In this document: positions 43,101 to 53,230 of the stretch, in pieces
How the letters are laid out: each line of letters begins with the position of its first letter
How positions within the stretch are numbered: the first letter of the stretch is position 1
Source of the DNA: Eledone cirrhosa
Taxonomy: Eukaryota
Length of the DNA: 64,000 nucleotides
Assembly (NCBI GenBank): GCA_964016885.1
Contig: OZ024742.1
Span: 179,428,001 to 179,492,000, forward strand
Direction of reading: 5' to 3'
The notes under the pieces: generated by a model
What the model was told of the DNA's origin: nothing
The model's input: the letters and a program-made list of their open reading frames with translations, nothing else
Databases searched by the model: none
Made by a program: the position numbers and the translations under genes

Positions 43101-45580
43101 ACCCAAATAAAAAGCGGACCCCCCCATAAAAAAAACGGGGCACCCAAATAAAACACGGGGTACCCAAATAAAAAACGTAGCACCCAAATAAAAAACGGAC
43201 CCCCCCATAAAAAAACGTGTCACCCAAATAAAAAACGGACCCCCCATAAGAAAACGGGGCACCCAAATAAAAAACGGGGTACCCAAATAAAAAACTGACC
43301 CCCCCCCCATAAAATAACGGGGCACCCAAATAAAAAACGAGGTACCCAAATAAAAAACGGACCCCCCCATAAAAAAACGGGGCACCCAAATAAAAAACGG
43401 GGTACCCAAATAAAAAACGGACCCCCCCATAAAAAAACGGGGCACCCAAATAAAAAACGGGGTACCCAAATAAAAAACGTGACACTCAAATAAAAAACGG
43501 AACCCCCCATAGAAAAACGGGTCACCCAAATAAAAAACGGGGTACCCAAATAAAAAACGGTCACCCTCCATAAAAAAATGGGGCACCCAAATAAAAAACG
43601 GGGTACCCAAATAAAAAAAGGACCCCCCCATAATAAAACGGGGCACACAAATAAAAAACGGACCCCTCCATAAGAGAACGGGGCACCCAATTAAAAACGG
43701 GGTACCCAAATAAAAAACGGCGCACCCAAATAAAAAACGGGGTACCCAAATAAAAAACGGCGCACCCAAATAAAAAAACGGGGCACCCAAATAAAAAACG
43801 GGGTACCCAAATAAAAAACGGACCCCCCCCATAAAAAAACGGGGCACCCAAATAAAAAACGGACCCCCCCATAAAAAAAATGGGGCACCCAAATAAATAA
43901 CTGACGCCGCCCATAAAAAAACGGGGCACCCAAATTAAAATTGGATCCCCCCCATAAAAAAACGGGGCACAAAAATAAAAAACGGGGTAGCCAAATAAAA
44001 AAACGGACCCCCCCTAAAAAACGGGGCACCCAAATAAAAAACGGGGCACCCAAATAAAAAACGGGGCACCCAAATAACAAACGGACCCCCCCCCCCCATA
44101 AAAAAACGGGGCACCCATATAAAAAACGGGGTACCCAAATTAAGAACGGACCGCCCCCATAAAAAAGCGGGGCACCCAAATAAAAAACGGGGCACCCAAA
44201 TAACAAACGGACCCCCCCCCATAAAAATAACGGGGCACCCAAATAAATAACGGACACCCCCATAAAAAAACGGGGCACCCAATTAATAAACGGTCCCCCC
44301 CCATAAAAAACGGGGCACCCAAATAAAAAACGGACCCCCCCATAAAAAAACGCGGCACCCAAATAAAAACGGGGTACCCAAATAAAAAACGTGGCACCCA
44401 AATAAAAAACGGACCCCCCCATAAAAAAACGGGGCACCCAAATAAAAAACGGGGTACCCAAATAAAAAACGTGGCACCCAAATAAATAACGGACCCCCCC
44501 ATAAAAAAACGGGGCACCCAATTAAAAAACGGACCCCCCATAAAAAACGGGGCACCCAAATAAAAAACGGGGTACCCAAATAAAAAACGCCCCCCCCATA
44601 AAATAACGGGGCACCCAAATAAAAAACGGGGTACCCAAATAAAAAACGTGGCACCCAAATAAAAAACGGGGTACCCAAATAAAAAACGTGGCACCCAAAT
44701 AAAAAACGGACCCCCCCCATAAAAAACGGGGCACCCAAATAAAAAACGGGGTACCCAAATAAAAAACGGACCCCCCATAAAATAACGGGGCACCCAAATA
44801 AAAAACGGGGTACCCAAATAAAAAACGAGGTACCCAAATAAAAAAACGGACCCCCCCATAAAAAAACGGGGCACCCAAATAAAAAATGGGGTACCCAAAT
44901 AAAAAACTGACCCCCCCCCCATAAAATAACGGGGCACCCAAATAAAAAACGGGGTACCCAAATAAAAAACGGACCCCCCCATAAAAAAACGGGGCACCCA
45001 AATAAAAAACGGGGCACCCAAATAAAAAACGGACATCCATAAAAAAACGGGGCACCCAAATAAAAAACGGACCCCCCATAAAAAACGGGGCATCCAAATA
45101 AAAAACGGAACCCCCCATAAAAAAACGGGGCACCCAAATAAAAAACGGGGCACCCAAATAAAAAACGAACCCCCCTCATAAAAAAACGGGGCACCCAAAT
45201 AAAAAACGGAGCCCCCCATAAAAAAGGGGCACCCAAATAAAAAATGGGGCACCCAAATAAAAAAACGGGGCACCCAAATAAAAAACGGACCCCCCGTGAA
45301 AAACGGGGCACCCAAATAAAAAACGAGCCCCCCCATAAAAAAACGGGGTACCCAAATAAAAAACGGACCCCCCGTAAAGAAATGGGGCACCCAAATAAAA
45401 AAAGGGGCAGCCAAATAAAAAACGGACCCCCCCATAAAAAAACGGGGCACCCAAATGAAAAACGGGGGACCCAAATTAAAAATGGACCCCCCCCCACAAA
45501 AACGGGTCACCCAAAAATAAAAATGGACCCCCCATAAGAAAACGGGGCACCCAAATATAAAACGGACCCACCCATAAAAA
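1186..45580 (+). repeat. ~44.4-kb satellite of ~20-bp monomers: AAAAAACGGGGCACCCAAAT, AAAAAACGGGGTACCCAAAT and A-tract+CGGA(C)6-10AT
   Basis: Continuous array in one orientation, about 2,200 monomers by length/20. A 60-bp trimer register is visible in stacked lines (e.g. 12661-12840, 15061-15480). Confidence 0.98.
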
Positions 45581-45746
45581 TTTAGTTTAGTTTAGTTTAG
45601 TTTAGTTTAGTTTAGTTTAGTTTAGTTTTGTTTAGTTTAATTTAATTTAATTTAATTTAATTTAATTTATTTAATTTAATTTAATTTAATTTAATTTAAT
45701 TTAATTTAATTTAATTTAATTTAATTTTATTTTATTTTATTTTATT
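45581..45746 (+). repeat. Pentamer tract (TTTAG)n > (TTTAA)n > (TTTTA)n
   Basis: Read directly. The TTTAA>TTTTA gradient matches 601-720. Confidence 0.95.
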
Positions 45747-45791
45747 TAAAAAACGAAACGAAACCGGGGAACCTTAAAAATCTAATGAAAC

Positions 45792-46200
45792 GAAATTATC
45801 TCCCCTTGGCCGGCTGGAAATTATCTCCCCTTGGCCCGCTGAAAATTATCTCCCCATGGCCGGCTGGATATTATCCCTCTTGGCCGGCTGGAAATTATCT
45901 CCCCTTGGCCGGCTGGAAATTATCTCCCCTTGGCCGGCGGGAACTTATCTCCCCTTGGCCGGCTGGATATTATCTCCCCTTAGCTGGCTGGAAATGATCT
46001 CCCCTTGGCCGGCTGGAAATTATCTCCCTTTGCCGGCTGGAAATTATCTCCCCTTGGCCGGCTGGAAATTATCTCCCCTTGGCCGGCTGGAAATTATCTC
46101 CCCTTGGCCGGCTGGAAATTATCTCCCCTTGCTCGGCTGGAAATTATCTCCCCTTGGCCGGCTGGAAATTATCTCCCCTTGGCCGGCTGGAAATTATCTC
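45792..46200 (+). repeat. 25-bp minisatellite x~16, right copy
   Basis: Same unit and orientation as 792-1188, preceded by a homologous AAACGAAACCGGGG...AAAAATC..A.GAAACGAAA linker. Confidence 0.97.
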
Positions 46201-47121
46201 CACTCAATTTCAAATACGATGTTAGCTTAACCTGATCATGGGAGATAACTCGAATATAACCGTTAAATTTACAAATTCAAATTACAGCATCATTAATAAT
46301 CTAAACTATAATAAAGGAAGATCTGCTGGACTGCATACGGTTTAGTTTTTTTCATCCCGTTTGTAAAATAAGTTGGATTACTTTGAATAAATAATAAATG
46401 AATATTACATAATTTATCTACTAAATTTCGTAAACAAAAATAATTTCGTAAAAATAAATAATTTAAAATTGACTTCTTTTCAAAGTTACACTTCCGGTAT
46501 ATCGTTGCCACCACTACCACTTCAACTACCATATATATAGAGAAAGAGAGAGTGTGTGATGTCAAAACTTCCGGTGGCCATCGCTTAAATAAATATACTA
46601 ATTTTCTGTCACTAATTTTCTCTTAATGCAGTTTATATATAATATCGTCTTTTTTAAATGTGTCATGGATTACTTTACTGATTACATAAGACAGTGTAAC
46701 ACAGTCTTCTTTCAATTTCTGTGTATATTGTCAATTACGATTTTATTTGATCATATCTACATGTATATATACTTGCGTATAATATCAATATACACACTAC
46801 ACATGGTAGCAGAAACCACCTGAAGGGTGGTTTTTCTGCTAGTATTAATAATAAAGATAGAAAGAGAAAAAAAGAAAGAGAGATATATAAAAGAATATCT
46901 CTCTTTCTTTCTCTCTCTCTATCTTTATTATTGATATTATTAATGATGGTTTAATTTGAATTTGTAAATTTAACGGTTATATTCTAGTTATCTCCAATGA
47001 TCTGGTTAAGCTAACATCGTATTTGAAATTGAGTGGCACTGCTTCTAGTGTTCAGCAATATTTAGACAACTTAATCAGTGAAACAATTGTCAGACTGTAA
47101 ATAAATCCCTTTTTTTTGTAC
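46200..47121. mobile_element. Penelope-like element remnant with ~100-bp inverted pLTR arms
   Basis: 46200-46300 is the reverse complement of 46936-47036 with few mismatches. The right arm continues into a hammerhead-like fold, AATAAA and a (TA)n tract. Confidence 0.6.
46986..47097 (+). ncRNA. Degenerate type I hammerhead ribozyme with long stem II
   Basis: Stem I TCT/AGA; core CCAATGA (46994-47000, G5 lost); stem II CTGGTTAAG/CTTAATCAG; GAAAC-AATT-GTC at 47080-47091. Confidence 0.55.
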
Positions 47122-47149
47122 TGTTGATCATGTTATTCTGCACTTTTTC

Positions 47150-47213
<64 letters not shown>

Positions 47214-47495
47214 CTGTATTTGCGACCGTTGGTTAGTCAATGATAAACATTGATGGCCAAATGAATTAACTATGGAGATATAAAAGATGCAGAAGCGAAA
47301 ACCAATCAAACAGTGTGTGTTCAGTTATTATTTCTGGCAATATTATTACAACAATATGACCCTCCCCAAGTATAACAACACACACACATATATATATATA
47401 TGTATATATATATAGTTGCTGTAGGGTTGCAGGTAAATGCGCCCGTAGGCGGTATGCCGGTTGATCACTCGATGCTCACACAGAGCAGAGTATAC

Positions 47496-47731
47496 TAGTA
47501 TAAAGAACGAGGAATCAGTAATACATCAAACCACAATTTATTAACATATTACATATGTTTCTCCGTGGATCAGCTTGAGGCAGGATCTCTTACAGATCCA
47601 ACCGGACTCTGCATTCGAAGGCTCTTAAGATATGTCTTCAGATATACCTCGAGCTGATCGATGGAGAAACATATGTAATATGTTAATAAATTGTGGTTTG
47701 ATGCATTAGTAATTCCTCGTTCTTTATACTA
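47496..47731. mobile_element. Foldback element with ~85-bp inverted arms, likely a Penelope pLTR inversion
   Basis: 47496-47580 pairs with 47647-47731. Each arm contains GAAAC-ATAT-GTA followed by AATAAA. Confidence 0.6.
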
Positions 47732-47833
47732 TATATATATAGTTCAAAATGACAAACAAACAGCAAACGCAGGAGTCAATGGTACATAGTGTTATGAGCT
47801 TCACGCTTGGTGAGAATGGCGGAGGCGTATTTA

Positions 47834-47867
47834 CGACGTTTCAGACATAAGTCCTTCATCAGGAGTG
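47834..47867 (-). ncRNA. Minimal Penelope-type hammerhead core, stem I decayed
   Basis: Minus strand reads CACTC-CTGATGA-A-GGAC-TTAT-GTCT-GAAAC-GTCG. Confidence 0.55.
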
Positions 47868-47969
47868 TGGTGGGGAGGAACTCCGAGAAGGAGTGATAGG
47901 GGAGTTAGCAGGAAAAACATGAAATAACGGGAAAAATAGAAATAACAATAAATATAAAACATGAAATCA

Positions 47970-48087
<118 letters not shown>

Positions 48088-48300
48088 GATAACAAGTTAT
48101 CGTTATAGGTAATCCAGTTAGAGGTTGTGAGTACTCTGTATTGTGGATAGTTTTAACGTACGGCTTTGTTTGACTCAACAAGAGGTTTCCATAGTTAGGT
48201 AGCGAGTTTGCGAGAATTCCTATGCAGGTCATACTTGGAGTAATAATAGTGAAAGATTGAAGAATAACATGGTCGGCTGTACAAAAAGGGCTTTTATTTC

Positions 48301-48414
48301 AAGTATTAACAATTGTTTCATTGATCAGGTGAGTCTAAAGTCCTCTAATCACTCGAAGTTGTGTCACTCGACCTTAAATACAGTGTTTACCTCTGATCAA
48401 ATCCTCGGAATCCT
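48301..48414 (-). ncRNA. Type I hammerhead with long stem II, core CCGAGGA (U4C)
   Basis: Minus strand reads AGGATT-CCGAGGA-T-TTGATCAG...CTGATCAA-T-GAAAC-AATT-GTT-AATACTT. Confidence 0.6.
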
Positions 48415-48999
48415 AGAGGTTTTACATATGGCATTGGTATATATAGAGAAACAACGGAGAATCAAAACAATAACATCAATAATAAAAGATAATGATAAAG
48501 AGGTAAAGAAGTTGCAGATGTAAAAATTAAGTTAAAAAAAATAAAATAATATAATAAGTACAGAATACGATTGCTGATAATAGTGGTGGTAGTGAGTAAG
48601 TGTATGTATAAAGATGTGGTGAGGGTGGAGATAATACTAACATGAAAAGCAACATTAGATACATACTTACATACGTGGTGGTCAAATCTTAGAGAGTTAG
48701 AAGTAGAGAATAAAAAATAGTAACAAATGACAGATAAAAAATAAAAAATAATAAATTAAAAATTAAGTGAGAGGGGAAGAGATACGAGGATGAGACATAA
48801 GGACGGGGAAGGAGAGTTTAAATATATGCGCGCGTGTGTGGTAAATGTTTAGCATGCTGATTGTCTTATCTTAATGGGGTTGATGTGGCTTTAGGGAGAG
48901 AGAGTGAAAGAAAGGTTAGGAGATTTATGATGTTGATCTAGTCACCAGTCGGTCAGTTGACAGCTAATAACAGTGGGGTGGTATGTATTCCGTACATTA

Positions 49000-49114
49000 A
49001 AGTATTCCGATAATTTGATCAGAGGTAAACACTGTATTTAAGGTCGAGCGATGCAACTTCTAGTGATTAGCAACCTTTAGACTCACCTGATCAATGAAAC
49101 AATTGTTAATACTT
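49000..49114 (+). ncRNA. Type I hammerhead with long stem II, core CCGATAA (degenerate)
   Basis: Perfect 7-bp stem I AAGTATT (49000-49006)/AATACTT (49108-49114); stem II TTGATCAG/CTGATCAA; GAAAC-AATT-GTT. Confidence 0.6.
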
Positions 49115-49144
49115 GAAATAAAACCCCTTTTTGTACAGACCACC

Positions 49145-49905
49145 TCCTAGCCCTTCTTCTGCGGTCTCATCGGAAAATTCATTGATGCCTGCTACAGCTC
49201 TGGTGTTGACTCGAATCTGTTTCCCTGAGACGGTCTTCCGTGCTTGGGAACAGGAAGCAGTCACAAGGAGCCAGGTTGGAGCTGTATAGTGGGTGTTGTT
49301 CCACTTTTATTTCCCTGTTGGTCACCCAGAGGGTCACCTGCATTGATGTGTGATATGGAGCATTTTGTTAGTGGAACCACCACTCTCCAATGTTACACTG
49401 CTCCGGCCTCTTTATCCACATCCACTTCAAGGTAATACTTCTTATTGGTGAGTTGGCACCCAGGAACCCATTAAACGTGGATTAGCCCCTGGCAGATGAA
49501 GAAAGGAATGGCCAGGGCCTTCTCTTGTAATCTGCTCAGCGTTACCGTCTAAGGTCTGAGAGAGGAAACATACTTCCACTAGGCACTCTGATGTTTGCTC
49601 TCGGGGTCATACGTGAATACCTTACTCTCGCCGTAAGTCATTACTTTATTTAGAAAACCAGAATCAGTCTTTATCATACAGAGAATGTCAGTGCAGACCT
49701 TGTTGAGCTCCAGATCTTTGGTCATAATTGTCTCCACTGTGCCAATATTAATATTAACAGCTTCAGATATCATCCACACAGTAGCGTGACGGTCTTGCAT
49801 CACTGACCTTTGCATTTTCTCAATGGTTTCCTCCTTTCACGTGCTGTAAGGTTCGCCAGATCTGCGTTCATCCTCAAATTTTTCATTTCCTTCAGAAAAC
49901 TTTTT
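49145..49905 (-). pseudogene. Mariner (Tc1/mariner) transposase relic
   Basis: HTH-like EDERRSGEP...QDRHATVWMISEAVNINIGTVETIMTKDL. MTYGESKVFTYDPESKHQS resembles TGDESW.Y.YDPE.K.QS. Downstream WFH.QNAPYHTS and HPLYSSNLAPCD resemble the YSPDLAPxD motif. Stops and frameshifts present; no TIRs seen. Confidence 0.85.
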
Positions 49906-50489
49906 AAACCTTCTATAGAAACTTTAAAATTATGGAAGCATAAAATAGTAATTAAAATTCTTAAGTAATGAAATAATTATGTTCAATAACTATAGATATT
50001 TCAGTAACTATAATATATCGTCTCAAAGGGATAACATATTCTAAGATAGAGCTAAATTTATACTAATGTGAATTAAAATGTCTATTATCACTTCATAATT
50101 GAAATTATTAAAGCATAAAACAGTAATAAATATATCTATAATTAAAAGAAATTTTAACTAAGACATTTTACCGACTAAATTGTGTAAGTACAGAGGAGAC
50201 AATCTACGTTAAAATACTGCTAGATGTGGTTATAATGATATGATAAATAAGAGAGTGAAAGGAAAACTTTTCGAACTTGTGTGTGCACTCGTGCGCGTGT
50301 AAATTAAAGTTAGGTTCATTAAAAATATAAGTAAAAAAAGAGGGTAACTGACGTGAATTTTACAAGATAGTTTAACATAAATGTAAATAAAAATGCTTCA
50401 ATAAGGGTGTAAAGGGTATAGTTAACCTGGGTCGTGGTTTTTGTAAAAGATAGACTAAAATGTTCTATATCGACAGGAAGAGATTATTT

Positions 50490-50783
50490 TATCTTTCTAA
50501 TTGAGAACGATATGATTTGAAGTAATTATTTCTAACGCTTCGGTTAGACGAAGATTGCATTTAGTTCTAAATCATTACGCAGTTTTTCAGAATTAATAAT
50601 TTCCCATATAAGAGAGTACCTTATGTTATCGTTTTTTAAACGCCATATTAATTTAGCTAAGGAAGTAGTTTTTAAATTGTTCATACTTAAAAGAATGTTG
50701 ATGCTAATAAAAATGTTTTTTATAGTTATTTGTAGTTGCACCTATGTAAGTGTTATTAAGTGTTGAAACTTTACACTTGTATA
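50490..50783 (-). pseudogene. GIY-YIG endonuclease fragment of a Penelope-like element
   Basis: [25 protein letters not shown], then after a frameshift TTSLAKLIWRLKNDNIRYSLIWEII, then KCNLRLTE. This fits the PLE YIG.T...T.L...IW.LK...W.I...CNLC..E pattern. Confidence 0.75.
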
Positions 50784-50785
50784 TA

Positions 50786-50838
<53 letters not shown>

Positions 50839-50859
50839 TGTATACATATATATATATGC

Positions 50860-50926
<67 letters not shown>

Positions 50927-51666
50927 AAGCAGGGTGCGCAAAGGGCAAACACAAAAAAAAACAATAACGATTAAATGGACAGTCAAACTCTAGAAATCAC
51001 TACAGTTTCAGTGCAATAATTCTAAAAAACCACAATGAAATGCGTAACCAAGTGGCTTATATATTCTATCATTTCTAGCAGTATCCTGAAATGGACACGT
51101 ACTAAATTGTATATTATTAGCACTCATATTATTAGCACTTATACATAATATACTTACCTCCTCTTCACTGTCACGTGACACTGAACGTGGAGCTTACTAC
51201 TAAAAATGACGAATTCACATTACTGACCTGTTCCGAAGACGCTAATTCCTCGCTGATGAAGCTACTCTTAGCCAATTACCTAATGCTTAATAGCATTACC
51301 TAATTTCTGTGCACGACTGTTTCATATGGACTGTCGCCAGCAGATGCAGTAGCAGAAACTAATGCATTAATCCAGGGCCAGAGTAGAACATTCTCTACCC
51401 AAACGAAATCGTTTTTCTCACTGTGTAACCTATTAGTGTGCGCTCTGCTTTCTTTCACGTTGGTATCCTAATGATGCTGGATTAATTAATACATCGAGTC
51501 AGTGGGAAAACGATCGAAGGTATATCGGTCCTATCAGATGACTTCCTTTCAGTATTACACACACTCACACACTCACACACACACACACACACGCGCGCGC
51601 TCACACACACACACACGCGTTCACACACACACACACAGACACACATATATATATATATAAGTATGT

Positions 51667-52299
51667 AGATATATGGTCTTTAAAGCGTTGAAATATCCGA
51701 GACCCCCAGTAGACAACTGATGAGAAAAAACTTCCTCCTCCCCGTTCTTGCTTTCTAACTATCAACTACACAGCCTTCCTATTCTCGATTTATTTTATCA
51801 TGTTTCGCTGTGACCGGTCCGGTCTTCTCTCTCCTTCTGCCTACCTATTTCTTTGCTCTACTCTTCCCCCTCTTTCTTCCTCTCCCTTTCTCCCTCTTAC
51901 TTTCACTCACCCTCTCTCTCTGCCAGCCACCTCAATGTTACCCTTGCCTGATCCTCTAGCAGTCCTTTTATCACTTACACTCGCTGGGATCAGACAGTTT
52001 TTTTTCTTTCGTCCATACGCTTTAGAACTTATTTTCAGCACCGTTGTGAACTTGGATTTTCTTTCTTGAAATTGCTCGCACATTCTCCGGTCTGTTGTTT
52101 TTTTTTCGCTATTTTTCTCTTTTCTTTACTTTTTTCCCTTTTCCTTTCTATTTTCCTTCCTTCTCTCCTCCGTTTTCCCAATAACTTACCTAGTTATTGA
52201 ACGCTCTGGGGGAAGATATATTGTCTTTAAAGCGTTGAAATATCCGAGACCCCAGTAGACAACTGATAAAGAAAATTCCCTGCCCCCCGTTCTTGCTTT
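51667..52299 (+). mobile_element. Non-autonomous Penelope-like element with ~87-bp direct repeats
   Basis: 51667-51754 matches 52214-52299. The second copy is preceded by CTC-TGGGGGAAG and both contain GAAATATCC-GAG (decayed hammerhead-like). Pyrimidine-rich interior; (TA)n flanks. Confidence 0.55.
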
Positions 52300-52458
52300 T
52301 TTCTTAATTTTAAGCTTATATATATATGAAATCACATTTGCCATATTTGATTACATGTTCTTTGAAATTAACTATAAATAGGAATTATTCTCGGTCTTAC
52401 TGACCTGAGAACAGTTACCAAACGTCTACTATATGTGCACTTATATGCACTTATGTGC

Positions 52459-52495
<37 letters not shown>

Positions 52496-53230
52496 CGCGT
52501 GTGTGTGTGTCTGTGTGTGTGCGTGTGTGTGTATATATATGTGTATGTGTGTGTGTGTGTATGTATATATGTAAGTAGATTCTTTTAAATACATACATCC
52601 ACACACACATACATATATACATTAAATACATAATTGAATGGTCATTTTAAATTTATTTCTATGTATTGCATTTCTTAATTATTTATTTATTTATCATTAA
52701 CATCATTATCATTATCATTATCATCAACATCGTTATCAACATTTTTTTGTTCTTTTTTTTTGCGGAGGTTGTTGCAATATCAGCATGTATCAACATTACC
52801 GAGTTAGAAACGTAAACAAGTACATTTTTAACTTCAGTCGTAGGTGAGCGGCGGGGAAAGGGAGGTAAGAGGGCATTTTTCACATATTAGTGTGGGTGAT
52901 GGAAGATTACCAAAAAATAAAATAATAATAAAAAACCTTCTATGATGGTGGGCTAAAGACGACAGAGAAATTAAAACATACAATAATGGGGCGGGTGAAT
53001 GACGGGTAGAATGATGGGCTAGAACAATATTAGACTATTTTGCTATTTTATCCTCGCGCTATGTTATTAATGCTATATATTTAGTAATATGTTTGTTTAT
53101 TGTTTTCGTTTATGATTTGGGTAAAGGTTATTGGGGTTCGAACTGTATTTATTGTTTTTGTTTTGTTGTTTTTGTTTATATGTTTGTCTTCTCTTCATTG
53201 TTTATTTGTTCCGTTTTTATTATTATTATT

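Noticed and set aside
1186-45580. CRISPR-like constant repeat plus variable spacer appearance
   Set aside because: The variable parts are ~8-nt recurring variants of each other, not unique spacers. There are no cas genes and the context is eukaryotic.
45581-45640. (TTTAG)n as a telomeric repeat
   Set aside because: It is not TTAGGG or TTAGG. It is short, internal, and grades into TTTAA as a one-base variant.
791-45800. The two 25-mer arrays start exactly 45,000 bp apart (796 and 45796)
   Set aside because: There is no mechanism for a round decimal distance, so it is treated as coincidence. It is only a mild reason to verify the assembly with reads.
857-46235. Hundreds of overlapping ORFs rich in G/F/P/W/Y (minus) or K/G/P (plus), up to 730 aa
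   Set aside because: They are translations of the 20- and 25-bp repeats. All frames give the same phrases because the minus strand has few stop codons, and homopolymer length changes shift frame freely.
51250-51280. CTGATGA-A-GCTA-CTCT-TAGC hammerhead-like start
   Set aside because: The required GAAA is absent (CAAT follows) and no stem I partner was found.
51152-51470. Possible minus-strand exon ending in GAG|GTAAGTA
   Set aside because: The donor site is good, but the frame I traced hits a stop and there is no recognisable protein similarity. It needs RNA-seq.
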